Part shown: positions 1 to 9,675 of the stretch, in pieces
Position numbering within the stretch: the first letter of the stretch is position 1
Layout of the letters: each line of letters starts with the position of its first letter
Assembly (NCBI GenBank): GCA_022844165.1
Contig: JALHMH010000012.1
Span: forward strand, 32,001 to 96,000
From: Lysobacterales bacterium
GTDB taxonomy: Bacteria; Pseudomonadota; Gammaproteobacteria; Xanthomonadales; SZUA-5
Reading direction: 5' to 3'
Length of the DNA: 64,000 nucleotides
Notes under the pieces: model-generated
What the model saw: the letters and a program-made list of their open reading frames with translations, nothing else
Databases searched by the model: none
What the model was told of the DNA's origin: nothing
Made by a program: the position numbers and the translations under genes

Positions 1-2
1 GG

Positions 3-227
3 TTGGGCACTGTCTCCTTAGACGTTGATTGCACAATTCTTTTCAATAACCAATGTTCTGAGCCCTTTGAATTGACAGTGCCGGGGGCAGGCGTTGACGT
101 GGGCGACTCGATCACAGCGATCGCTACGAGCCCGGGCAAACATACGAGTGAGTTCGCGGCATGTCGTACAGTGACGCAGAATCTAGTCTTGCCGTCGCTA
201 CTTCTGTCGGATGGCTTTGAGGACTAG
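3..227 (+). CDS. 3' end of a probable secreted protein ending in a DGFE-type C-terminal motif (5'-truncated by the window edge)
   Basis: Frame is open from the window start and ends ...ITAIATSPGKHTSEFAAC...SLLLSDGFED*. The ITATAT..G.TSEFS-like segment and DGFE tail resemble large exported proteins of Xanthomonadales. Confidence 0.7.
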   Translation: MGTVSLDVDCTILFNNQCSEPFELTVPGAGVDVGDSITAIATSPGKHTSEFAACRTVTQNLVLPSLLLSDGFED

Positions 228-314
228 CGAGGCTTCGCCTCAGAACGGCGCGGGTCCGGACTCGCTGCATGGATCAGGCACTTGCGCGCTGGCAAGCTGT
301 TTCCCAACAGCCTG
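224..314 (+). repeat. Short chimeric repeat copy E (module L + module R2)
   Basis: Starts CTAGCGAGGCTTCGCCTCAG, identical to 15038. Ends GCTGTTTCCCAACAGCCTG, near the reverse complement of the MITE end at 36703. Confidence 0.7.
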
Positions 315-447
315 CAGGCGGTGCGTGTCCGCCTACCTTGGTTGGCGGATGGCTTGCGCGGATGGCAGCGGGTGCGGGTTGAAACGTCAACTGAATCCTG
401 GGTCTTCACAGCGCGGCATTCAAACGCTATGGTTATGAGCTTGCTTA

Positions 448-534
448 GCCGAAGTGGCGGAATCGGTAGACGCAGCGGACTCAAAATCCGCCGCCCTTAA
501 AAGCGTGTGGGTTCGAGTCCCACCTTCGGCACCA
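448..534 (+). tRNA. tRNA-Leu (anticodon CAA)
   Basis: Acceptor stem GCCGAAG/CTTCGGC, D loop with GG, anticodon arm GCGGA-CTCAAAA-TCCGC, long variable arm, GGTTCGAGTCC T arm and encoded CCA. Confidence 0.97.
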
Positions 535-618
535 CCTTTGATTCTGCGAACTGCCGCGTATTCAGTGCGGCAGGGGGGCTCTGCGCAGAACGCCTTCGAT
601 GCCAGTGAGTGGCTCCCT

Positions 619-652
619 CAAAAACAACAGCCCGCCAAAGCGGGCTGTTGTT
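619..652 (-). terminator. Rho-independent terminator of the S8 protease gene (possibly bidirectional)
   Basis: Perfect 13-bp stem AACAACAGCCCGC-caaa-GCGGGCTGTTGTT with a T run on the minus strand, about 25 nt after the protease stop. Confidence 0.8.
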
Positions 653-677
653 GGCGTGAGTTCGATTGTCAATGAGC

Positions 678-2462
678 TTAGAACTGCAGGCTCCACTTGT
701 CCAAATAGCCGGTGTCGCCATTGGCATTGTCGTTGACACGCAGATTCCACGTGCCGTTTGCTAACTCGCTGGAGGCGTTCACGGTATATGTGCCGATGAT
801 GTTGTCGGCGCTGCCGCCGGAGCGGTTATGAAGCACGTAGACCGAGCCGTCGGGCGCAATCAGATCGACTTTCAGATCGCCTCTGTACGTATGATAGATC
901 GTGACGCCGACTCTCAGTGTGGATGGTGCATTGCCAGACCGGCCGGTCACCGAGATTGGACTGTTGATGGTTGCATTATCGCGAATCTGGAAATCAGTGG
1001 TGTTTTCGAAGAAGCTTGCACCGCCGCCACCGCCACCGCCACCGAGCGCCGCGATGGTTGCCGCTGCGTTGATGATGCCCGTGCCGCACCCGGAGCAGGT
1101 CGTCGGAAATGCCCGGGCGTTGTTCTTGATCAGCGTTTCGATGGCCGACGGCGTCTGGGAGCCGCGGCTTAAAATCAGAGCCGCCAGGCCTGCTACGTGC
1201 GGGCTTGCCATCGACGTGCCCTGGTACCACGCGTACGATTGAGATCCAGGCGTGGTTGTGCCGGAATTCAAGGTCGACAGGACACCGTTACTGGACGAAG
1301 AGCGCACATCACCACCCGGCGCGGCAACATCGACAGCCGTGCCGAAATTGGAATAGTAAGCGCGTCCGCCGGAGCGATTGGTGGCTGCAACGGTGACAAC
1401 ATTGGCACAGTTCGCCGGTGTCGCACCCGATGCATTTACGTTCGAATTGCCTGCCGCAACCACCACCACGGAGCCGCGGCCGACTGCGCCAGTGATGGCG
1501 TTCTGATAAGTCGATGGGCACGATGTGCTGCTGCCACCCAAACTCATATTGATGACTTTGGCTGGTGTTGCGTTTGCGGGAATACCCGAGACTGAGCCGC
1601 CCGAAGCCCAGGTAATGGCATCAGCGATGTCCGAGAGCGTTCCACCGCAAGCGGCCAGTACGCGAATGGGCTGAATACGTGCATTGAACGCAACACCAGC
1701 GACGCCGCTTGCGTTGTTCGTCACGGCTGCGACCGTTCCGGCAACGTGCGTGCCGTGCCAGCTGGAATTGGACGCTGGCGAACCGGAAAAACACTGGCCG
1801 GCTGTTACCCAGTCGCCTTGGTCGGCCGGGTTTGAGTCTCGGCCATTGCCGTCGCGCGCATTGGTCGCACTGCTGACAAAGTCGTAACCCGCGACAACGT
1901 TGGCGTTTAGATCAGTGTGGCTGACAATGCCGGTATCGAGTACAGCAACGGTGACGCCGGTGCCTGTGGCGGTATCCCAGGCAGTGGGCAAATTTGCCCC
2001 ACCAGTGGCTTCGAAATAGTGCCACTGTTGGCTGTAGGACGAATCGTTCGGCGAAAGGAAGGGCACCATGATTTGGTCAGGTTCCACGTAGGCCACACCC
2101 GGATCTGCTGCGAGCGCATTCATGATTGCCAGCAGAGCCTTATCTTCGAGTGGTTTGCCTAGTTTGACCAGGTGCCCGCCTGTCGAGAGCGTGCGTTGAT
2201 AGGCCAGAGTCTCGCCGGTCGCTGCCGCGACGCGGTCCAGATGCCCATAGACGGCGGCGAGGTCCCCGCTCGCTCGCGCCTCGTCGCTATAGCCGACGAT
2301 CAGTTGGTCGTATGCATACGGATCGCCAAGCGCGGCACTGTTCACACGCGGGTTTTCGCCCGGCGAGCCTCCTCCCAAAACTTGTGCGCTAACGTTCGTT
2401 GCCAGTCCAAGACTGGACGCCACAACCAAACTGATCATCGATTTCTTAACGAATTTGTGCAT
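678..2462 (-). CDS. Secreted S8 (subtilisin-like) serine protease with propeptide, poly-Gly linker and C-terminal proprotein-convertase P domain
   Basis: Signal peptide; catalytic motifs VAVLDTG, WHGTHVAG and GTSMASP; C-terminal HTYRGDLKVDLIAPDG...GTWNLRVND...WSLQF P domain. Confidence 0.93.
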   Translation of the reverse strand: MHKFVKKSMISLVVASSLGLATNVSAQVLGGGSPGENPRVNSAALGDPYAYDQLIVGYSDEARASGDLAAVYGHLDRVAAATGETLAYQRTLSTGGHLVKLGKPLEDKALLAIMNALAADPGVAYVEPDQIMVPFLSPNDSSYSQQWHYFEATGGANLPTAWDTATGTGVTVAVLDTGIVSHTDLNANVVAGYDFVSSATNARDGNGRDSNPADQGDWVTAGQCFSGSPASNSSWHGTHVAGTVAAVTNNASGVAGVAFNARIQPIRVLAACGGTLSDIADAITWASGGSVSGIPANATPAKVINMSLGGSSTSCPSTYQNAITGAVGRGSVVVVAAGNSNVNASGATPANCANVVTVAATNRSGGRAYYSNFGTAVDVAAPGGDVRSSSSNGVLSTLNSGTTTPGSQSYAWYQGTSMASPHVAGLAALILSRGSQTPSAIETLIKNNARAFPTTCSGCGTGIINAAATIAALGGGGGGGGASFFENTTDFQIRDNATINSPISVTGRSGNAPSTLRVGVTIYHTYRGDLKVDLIAPDGSVYVLHNRSGGSADNIIGTYTVNASSELANGTWNLRVNDNANGDTGYLDKWSLQF

Positions 2463-3004
2463 CTGATTCGACCCCTCGCATCAACGTCAATACTCGCAGT
2501 CGCATCCACGGCCGGACTGACCGTAGATGCCCCCTTTGGATGCCGACGCTCAATATTCCTCTCCCCAGAGGTCAATAGAACGATTGCGGCGGGGGCACAG
2601 TAGTCAGCTGACGCAAACGGGTCAATTGTGTCCGGTTTCGTCACACAACCACTGAATGCTGCGATGCAGCAATTCGTGAACTCTTCGCCCCGGGCGAAAT
2701 CTGAACAATTCTTAAGTCTCTTGTTTATAAAGCGTTCAGTGATCGTCTCTTCGGAAACCAATTGGTGCAGCGCACAACATCCTGTGCCGCTAATGACATA
2801 CGTATAGGTCTTATGTGGCGAGGAAGAGCCACTTTTTTGTGTCTGATGTCTACTTACATCGTCTCGATGCATTCCAAGCTAATGGCATGGCCCATCGCGG
2901 CGTTGCTCAATCTCGCAAAAGCGTAGGCTCTTGCTGTGGTTCGCGCCTGGCGTTGAGTGCGTTACACGCCTCTCGGCGCAATCGGGGGCTTATGCAACCA
3001 GGCA

Positions 3005-3260
3005 CCAGTGGCGTTGACCACGTAGGAGCATCACAGGTGAGTCAAATTTTCTAAGAAGTAGCCCCTGGCTCTTGAAGCTCCCTCGCGTCTGATGGGCGCG
3101 CGCGAAGCGCGCGGAGTTGCCGTAAGAGAGTGTCGAGTCGGATGCTGCCTGCTCTCCGATGTTTGGGTAGGAAGTAACGACTGTCGACCATGATCGTTGT
3201 GCCAGGTACGCTTCGAGTGAAGCCAGCAATGCCTGCGGGTCTGAAGCAAAGCCTCGCCAG
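3005..3260 (-). repeat. Diverged full-length copy C of the CTRG-flanked hairpin element
   Basis: Minus strand starts CTGGCGAGGCTTTGCTTCAG and ends GAAAATTTGACTCA-N19-GTCAA-N5-CTGG. CTGG is present at both ends. Confidence 0.8.
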
Positions 3261-3352
3261 GCGGTCAGATGACAATTCGATGATCGATTGCACATTTATT
3301 TGCGCCGAAAACCCGGCAGACTAAGCAATCAGGGGCAATGAGGAGCCGGCGG

Positions 3353-5821
3353 ATGGGAGAAGCGCAGCGCTCGGCAGCGAACGATCCGCATGTAGACCGT
3401 GCCTATGAGGAATTGCGCCAACACGCGACGCAGTTAGTGCAGGCGTGGGAGCAACTGAATGGATCGCGTTGGAATAGCGCTCATGGCCGTGGCTTGCAAT
3501 TGGCCGCGAAACATCTTGTGCGTGCTTGCGAACGATTGCGCTTGTCACTCACTCGCAAAGCGGGTGAGTTGGAAACGTTCATCAAGGTGTTTGTCGATAC
3601 TTCACTAACGCCAAACGCGGATCAGTTGCGGACGTTGTCGGCGCTGGTGAGTACGCTTGCCAGTACGGCGTTGGCGCTCGATATGGTTGCAAAGCCGCCT
3701 GTGCCGGTCGAGCCCGCAACCGTCAAGACCGTGGCCCCGCCGTTGGTGGCAGCTACGGTCAAAGCGGCGCGCCAGCGCGACGAAGACTTGCTGGTGCTGA
3801 TCGGCCAAACCGCCGATTTCGGTGTCGATCTGGCATCTGCGTTTCTGGAGAATGGCTTTAGCGTAAAGGCCTTTGCCAATGGCGAGCTGGCCCAGGCGCT
3901 GGTCGCGGTCACACTTCCGCGTGCCATTGTCGTCAGTGCTGCGCAAGCAAATGCCATCGGCACGTTGCGTGGCATGGTGACGGCTCGTGCCGACTTTGGC
4001 GAGACACATCGCCCAGTCGGCTTTGCGCTGGTCATGCAGCGTCCTGATATCGGTCGGCGCCTGGTAGCGATGCGCCACGGTGTCAAGTACTTCGAACCGC
4101 CGATCGATCCTCTGGCTTTGCTGGTGGCTTTGACCGGTGAGGCAGTCGTGGCACCGTCGCAGTGCCGCGTCATGTTGCTCGATAGTGATCGAGCGTGCGG
4201 TCTGACTGAAGCCACGTGGTTGAAGGAAGCGGGTTACACAGTACGCTTATGCACCAGTGCGCCCGAGGCGATCGACGCGATTGACGATTTCAAGCCGCAG
4301 ATTGCAGTCGTCGATGCGGACCTTCGGGGTGCCGAGTCGATGCGGACGGTCCATGCTTTGCGGGACAACCCGGCTACGCAGGACGTTCCGGTTATCGTGG
4401 TTGCGAGCTCGCGCGAATTGGCAACACGTGAACAAGCGATCGCTGGAGGCGCGGACGAGTACTTACTCAAGCCAGTCAAGCCACGACACCTTATAGGTGT
4501 GATTGAGGCGCGTCTAAAGCGCAGCAAGCGCTTTGCGACGCGCCGCGTTGCGCCCCGCGACGACAGTGGCCTGTACCCGCGCCGCGAGTTTATCGATCGA
4601 GCGAATTCTGCGCGCGGCCAGCCGGGGGCTGTGGTTGTATACCTTGCACTCAATGAGCATGAGGCGCTTCGCAAACAGCTGGGCATTTCCGGTCAGGAAC
4701 GGCTGGATCAGACGATAGGCGCAGTTTTTCGAGAATTCCTGCGGCCAGAGGATGTTCCATCGGCTTACCAGGACGGTCGCTATTTGATTCTGCTTCGTCG
4801 CCCACAGCGCAATGACGCGATGGGGACCGCGGAATCCTTGCGCGAAGCTTTGGCACGCCGATTAATCAAAGTGGCCGAACGGGAGGTTCCGTTGAAGGCC
4901 AGCTTCGGTTTGGCGACGCTGGATGGTGATAGTGCGGATGCAGTCGTACAGAACGCTGAAGCGGCGGCGCTTGCGGCAATGCACTTGGGCGGCGATCGCA
5001 GTATGTGGTTCGAATTTTCGAGCGCTTCTTTGGTGCCAGCCGAACGTGAGGCGCAGTTGCGTGGGATTGTCGAGAGTCGGCGCTTTGCGATGCATATGGA
5101 AGCGCGTGGTGTGCCGTTAATTCCACTGAACGGGCGTGTGCCAGGGCAATACGAATGGAATCTGCTTTGGCGTGTTGGCGGAACCGGGCATTCGCCGGTG
5201 TCGCTGCCAGAGATGCAACAAGCCGCCAGGGCAGGCGGCGCTTCGGGCGACTTCGATCGATTTGTGGTCAGTGAGGCGCTCACGCAGCGTGCCGAGATGC
5301 TCAAACGTGGCAAGCAACTGCGGCTTGCTGTCGACTTGTCCGGGCATGCATTGGACGACGGTGGGTTGGTGGACTTTATCGAGGCGAAGCTCAAAGAACG
5401 CAGATTGTCTGGCACCGGTTTGGCGTTGACGCTGCCAGCTTTGGTGTTGGCCGAACGTATCGACGCTTTAATTGCCTTTTGTCAGCATTCAAAGCCTTTG
5501 GCCCTGCGCGTCGGATTGCGCGACGTTGGCAGAGACATGACGTTGGTCCATCGCTTGCGCGGCGTACCGGTCGACTTTTTGCGGCTGAGCCCCGAACTGA
5601 GCGCCGCGGCCGCTGGAGATCGCGCCGGTGAGCTGTTGTCGGCGCTGGTGCGCCGCGCTCATCAAAGCGGAATGATCGTGATCGCCAGCAGTGTGGACAG
5701 TCGCGATCAAATGACAGCACTTCAAACCATGGGCGTCGACTATGCAGAGAGTCCATCGCTCGGTCCGGCCAGCAGCGATTTCAATTTTGAGTTCTCAAAG
5801 TGGTTAGGAAAAGTCAACTGA
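3353..5821 (+). CDS. Multidomain signalling protein: Hpt-like, pseudo-REC, REC, degenerate GGDEF, degenerate EAL
   Basis: REC motifs IAVVDADL and GADEYLLKP. GGDEF position reads QDGRY. The EAL region lacks ExLxR and DDFGTG (reads DVGRD). GAGGAG RBS precedes ATG 3353. Confidence 0.8.
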   Translation: MGEAQRSAANDPHVDRAYEELRQHATQLVQAWEQLNGSRWNSAHGRGLQLAAKHLVRACERLRLSLTRKAGELETFIKVFVDTSLTPNADQLRTLSALVSTLASTALALDMVAKPPVPVEPATVKTVAPPLVAATVKAARQRDEDLLVLIGQTADFGVDLASAFLENGFSVKAFANGELAQALVAVTLPRAIVVSAAQANAIGTLRGMVTARADFGETHRPVGFALVMQRPDIGRRLVAMRHGVKYFEPPIDPLALLVALTGEAVVAPSQCRVMLLDSDRACGLTEATWLKEAGYTVRLCTSAPEAIDAIDDFKPQIAVVDADLRGAESMRTVHALRDNPATQDVPVIVVASSRELATREQAIAGGADEYLLKPVKPRHLIGVIEARLKRSKRFATRRVAPRDDSGLYPRREFIDRANSARGQPGAVVVYLALNEHEALRKQLGISGQERLDQTIGAVFREFLRPEDVPSAYQDGRYLILLRRPQRNDAMGTAESLREALARRLIKVAEREVPLKASFGLATLDGDSADAVVQNAEAAALAAMHLGGDRSMWFEFSSASLVPAEREAQLRGIVESRRFAMHMEARGVPLIPLNGRVPGQYEWNLLWRVGGTGHSPVSLPEMQQAARAGGASGDFDRFVVSEALTQRAEMLKRGKQLRLAVDLSGHALDDGGLVDFIEAKLKERRLSGTGLALTLPALVLAERIDALIAFCQHSKPLALRVGLRDVGRDMTLVHRLRGVPVDFLRLSPELSAAAAGDRAGELLSALVRRAHQSGMIVIASSVDSRDQMTALQTMGVDYAESPSLGPASSDFNFEFSKWLGKVN

Positions 5822-5893
5822 TCGCTGGCCTTGTCTCGAGCGACAACCCTCAGACTGTCGAACGAGCATCGGCCAGCCACCAGTCGCACACGG

Positions 5894-7042
5894 CTAACTC
5901 TTCGGCTGCAGCATTTCTTCCATTGTCTTCTTGAAGTTGCCCGCCTTCCAACTGGGTAGCGCAAAACTCCAGCCATCGGCGCGAGCATTGAGTTCGGAGA
6001 CTTGTTTTTGGATGTCCGCTAGTTTGTCCGCGCGGGCTTTTGCCGCATCGAAAGCCGGTTTGTCCGCAGGTGTTTGATCGCCGGTTTCGCCGCCCGCAGC
6101 AGGTGTGGCGGCACTCTCCGCTTTACTCTTTTCCGCAGCTACCCATGTGTCGAGTTGCGACTCGTCGACGCGTGCGCGCCAGCGAGACCAGGTCTTTTCG
6201 GCAACGTCCCATAGGTCGACTTCAATCACCATACCATCGTGCGTCGCAAAGCTGGTGCGCCAATACTTGTCGTCGGTCGGTTGCTGACTTTCGGACTTGG
6301 CGACATCTTCAAGATTGACACTCGAGAGGGCGCCACCGATTTGATTGCCCGCCGACTCGGAACTTAGTTCGCGACCCTTCGGTACGTCGAGTACGTTGAA
6401 ATTAAAGGCGGCTGAATCCGTCTTCTCGATTTTCAAGACCTTCCCGTCAGGATCAGTAATGTCGACACGACGGACGCGCTCGCTGGGTATGTCTGCAATG
6501 GACTTGGCCAGCCAGTTGCCTGGTTCTTTGTCTGGAATGATGGAGCCCGAGACCAGGAAGCTCTTGGCTTCGCCATCGCGACGAACGAAGGTGGAGTCGC
6601 CATTTGGGCCGGCGATGCCGACAATGAGCTTCACCGGAGATTTCAGCCCGAGCAGTTCGACCCCCAGGCCCTTGGCATCCGCCGCACTCAGGTCCTCGAC
6701 GCCTAAGCGCGCATAGTTTTCGGGCTTGCTGGTCTTTTCTTCGCGCAGCTGGGCGTTGCTAAGCTTGATCAAGAACTCGCGGATCTTGCTGACATCGGCG
6801 GCGTAACCGTCTTTGGCTGCAACCGTCCAACGGTCTTCGGATTTGTTGAGCTCGGCAATCGCGACGCCGCCAGCGCCGCTGATTTTGATCGCGCTGATGT
6901 CGTTCAGTTGTTTGTCGAGTTCAGCAATCAACGCGCCGCTGACAGTCGATTCTTGCGCCTGCTGGCCGCGGTTCAGGAACAGGCCGATGCCGAGCACAAC
7001 AGCCGTGATCAGCAATAACAATATGAGGCGTTTTTGCATCAT
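5894..7042 (-). CDS. DUF4340 domain-containing membrane-anchored protein
   Basis: N-terminal TM helix, W...dgY.AD and YARLGV motifs, last gene of the Gld-like ABC operon. Start reassigned to ATG 7042 after GGAG. Confidence 0.75.
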   Translation of the reverse strand: MMQKRLILLLLITAVVLGIGLFLNRGQQAQESTVSGALIAELDKQLNDISAIKISGAGGVAIAELNKSEDRWTVAAKDGYAADVSKIREFLIKLSNAQLREEKTSKPENYARLGVEDLSAADAKGLGVELLGLKSPVKLIVGIAGPNGDSTFVRRDGEAKSFLVSGSIIPDKEPGNWLAKSIADIPSERVRRVDITDPDGKVLKIEKTDSAAFNFNVLDVPKGRELSSESAGNQIGGALSSVNLEDVAKSESQQPTDDKYWRTSFATHDGMVIEVDLWDVAEKTWSRWRARVDESQLDTWVAAEKSKAESAATPAAGGETGDQTPADKPAFDAAKARADKLADIQKQVSELNARADGWSFALPSWKAGNFKKTMEEMLQPKS

Positions 7043-7043
7043 G

Positions 7044-8921
7044 TTAGTTTGCTCCAGCCAAAGTCTGAGCACGACGTCGGCGGCCCCAGCGCCAGAACAG
7101 CAGAGCGCCGCCAATCACCAAAAGAGGAACCAGGGCGATATTGATGAACTTGACGCGCGTTCCGAGCGCCTCAATGTCCTTATCGAGATTTCGCCGCACT
7201 TCGCGAAGGTCTTTACGAATCTCCAGTTTTTCGCGCTGGAAGCGCTCAATCTCGGCTTGCTGTTCGGGTGAGAGGATCATCGCGTTCTCCGCCGACTTGC
7301 CGGCTTGCAGATCATTCAGTTTCTGCTCCGCTTCCTGCAGCCGGGTTTGTAGTTCTTCCTCCGTGGCGCGGAACTTCTCATCCGCTTCCCGGCGCATGCC
7401 CTCAACGACCGTAAATGGCCGGGCGCTGGAACTGCGGCCGCGGATCGAGATCAACGCACTGCTTCCGCCAAGGTTGTCCGCTGCGTTGATGGCGATATCG
7501 CCGTTGTTGGCGAACGGATTGGCGATTTGTTGGCCAAAGAAGTTCTGAACCTGCACCCAAAGACGGTTCGTCAGCAGATCCGTGTCGGCAAACAAGATGG
7601 CATTGGCATCGTCTTTGGTTTCGGCGATGTGGCCTGCGGTTGAGGCACGATCTTCGAATGCGCTCTTCAGTTTTCCTGTCAAGCGTCCCGCGATGATGTA
7701 GTTCTCGCCACTCGGCGTAAAGTCCTTGAGCAGTTCGCGCGGATCGGGCAGGAAGCGCGTGCGCTCGGTAGACACTACGCTGGCTTCGCTGCTCGATTGC
7801 AGCAAAGGCTCGAGTTTCACCGTCGCGCCGTCCTTGAGTCGAAAGCGGCCTGCCGTATCGATGTTAATCAAGTTCAATTTGGCGCTGACCAGATCCCGGT
7901 CGTTGATTTGCGCCTCGCGCAAACCAAGGATCAACGGGTGTTGGACAGGTGGTTCGGTTTGGCTGATCTGCACTTGTAGTCCCAGTGCGCGGTCGACGAC
8001 CACCTCATCGGCCTTGTACTCGATTCCCCAGGCGGAGAGGAGTTTTTCGAGATTCGAGCTCTTGTCGGCGAACATCGCCGCACTCGGGTTGTTCGGATCT
8101 GCACCGCTGGTATCGGTGTTCGCATTGGGGTCGACAAACAGCAGCAGGCGCCCGCCCTTCATCACGAACTGGTCGATCGCATAGAGTGTGTTGTCATTCA
8201 GCGCTTTGGGGTGCACAACCATCAGCACCTGAATCTTCGGATCGATCTCGCTGAAATCGACCCCAAGCGGCCGGACTTCGAAGAGGTCGTTCAATTGGGT
8301 AATCACCGCCCACGGTTCGCTCATGCGTTGTGTGGTCTGGTCAAAGCCGCCTTGCAAAGGCAGGCCTGTGACCAGCCCGATCACAGGCTTTTCCGGTTGC
8401 AGGAGCGTCTGGATCAGTTTGGCGACATCGTATTCGAGGAACAGTTCTTTATCGGGCTGGAAAAAGGGGATCGCTGCTTTGCCGTTGAGCGAATTGGTGC
8501 CGGCCAGGCCAAAGAACAGCTTGTCGCCGGTTGTTCCTACGGGCACCGATTGCAATCCCGCCGCCGTTGCCTCGTCTTCTTCTTCGCTGAAAGGCTGCGG
8601 ATCGACAACCGATAGCCGAAGCTTCCCGCCGCTGCGCGACGCCATTTCTTCGAGCACTTCGCGAACGCGTTGAGCGTAGGTGCGAATGGGTGCCAAATCG
8701 CGGGAGGCTTCGTCGGAGAAATAGAAATACAGGTTGATCGGTTCGTCGATACTGGAGACGATCTCGTTCGTGCCTTCGCTCAAAGTGTATTCGTCATTGG
8801 CTGTCAGGTCGAGGCGCGCGCCGCGGAATAGCGCATTGCTGATCACCGTGATGCCGACGAACAGGAGTGCCAGAACGAGCAGCGTCAACCCGCCGGAGGC
8901 GCGTTTGTTGAATAGGTTCAT
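7044..8921 (-). CDS. GldG-family ABC auxiliary component (GIFT domain)
   Basis: RLDLT...YTLSEGT, LEYDVAKLI and AIDQFVMKGGRLLLFVDP motifs, C-terminal coiled coil plus TM. ATG 8921 follows AAAGGA. Confidence 0.85.
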   Translation of the reverse strand: MNLFNKRASGGLTLLVLALLFVGITVISNALFRGARLDLTANDEYTLSEGTNEIVSSIDEPINLYFYFSDEASRDLAPIRTYAQRVREVLEEMASRSGGKLRLSVVDPQPFSEEEDEATAAGLQSVPVGTTGDKLFFGLAGTNSLNGKAAIPFFQPDKELFLEYDVAKLIQTLLQPEKPVIGLVTGLPLQGGFDQTTQRMSEPWAVITQLNDLFEVRPLGVDFSEIDPKIQVLMVVHPKALNDNTLYAIDQFVMKGGRLLLFVDPNANTDTSGADPNNPSAAMFADKSSNLEKLLSAWGIEYKADEVVVDRALGLQVQISQTEPPVQHPLILGLREAQINDRDLVSAKLNLINIDTAGRFRLKDGATVKLEPLLQSSSEASVVSTERTRFLPDPRELLKDFTPSGENYIIAGRLTGKLKSAFEDRASTAGHIAETKDDANAILFADTDLLTNRLWVQVQNFFGQQIANPFANNGDIAINAADNLGGSSALISIRGRSSSARPFTVVEGMRREADEKFRATEEELQTRLQEAEQKLNDLQAGKSAENAMILSPEQQAEIERFQREKLEIRKDLREVRRNLDKDIEALGTRVKFINIALVPLLVIGGALLFWRWGRRRRAQTLAGAN

Positions 8922-8940
8922 AGGTGCAGTCCTTTGCGAG

Positions 8941-9675
8941 TTAGTCGGCTTTCTTGAAGTCGATGATGATCGACGTGGCATACAAGAACAGGCCGATCAG
9001 CAATCCGAAAAAGATCAGGTCGCGAAGATCGATCACGCCTTTGGAAATTGATGCGAAGTGCGTGATAAAGCTCAAACTCGCGACACCATCGACCAGCCAT
9101 TGCGGCAAGAAGACCTTCGCGAAACTGAGCACGAGCGGATGTCCGGCAAGTAACAGCACAAAACAAATGACGACTGTGACAATGAAAGCGATCACCTGAC
9201 TCTTGGTTGCTGCAGACACTGCACTCCCGATCGCGAGAAACCCACCAGCCATCAGCAGGCTTCCGATATAGCTGGCGACGATCACGCCGTTGTCAGGATC
9301 ACCAAGGTAGTTGACGGTCATCCAGATCGGGAATGTCAGCGCCAGCGCGATACCGACGAATGCCCACGCAGCCAGGAACTTGGCAATGACCGCGTGCGCC
9401 TGTGTGACGGGCAAGGTCAACAGCAGTTCGATCGAGCCCGTGTTTCGTTCCTCCGCCCAGAGCCGCATCGCCACTGCCGGGACTAAGAACAAATAGAGCC
9501 AAGGGTGAAAATCGAAAAAGGGCTTGAGATCTGCCTGGCCGCGCTCGTAAAGACCGCCGAGTTGGAACGCGAAAGCGCCCGAAAGCACCAAAAAGATCAC
9601 GATAAAGACGTAGGCGACTGGCGTCGCAAAATAACTGGCCAGCTCGCGGCGGAAAAGGGTGTTGATTGGGCTCAT
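8941..9675 (-). CDS. GldF-like ABC-2 permease
   Basis: RELASYFATPVAYVF and MRLWAEERNTGSIELLLTLP motifs; about 6 TM segments. Confidence 0.88.
   Translation of the reverse strand: MSPINTLFRRELASYFATPVAYVFIVIFLVLSGAFAFQLGGLYERGQADLKPFFDFHPWLYLFLVPAVAMRLWAEERNTGSIELLLTLPVTQAHAVIAKFLAAWAFVGIALALTFPIWMTVNYLGDPDNGVIVASYIGSLLMAGGFLAIGSAVSAATKSQVIAFIVTVVICFVLLLAGHPLVLSFAKVFLPQWLVDGVASLSFITHFASISKGVIDLRDLIFFGLLIGLFLYATSIIIDFKKAD

Noticed and set aside
448-680. tRNA-Leu as the integration site of a genomic island
   Set aside because: No integrase nearby, and I found no duplicated tRNA 3' end elsewhere in the window.
1020-1043. (CCG/CCA)n simple repeat
   Set aside because: It encodes the poly-Gly linker of the protease with mixed codons and is unlikely to be a phase-variable tract.
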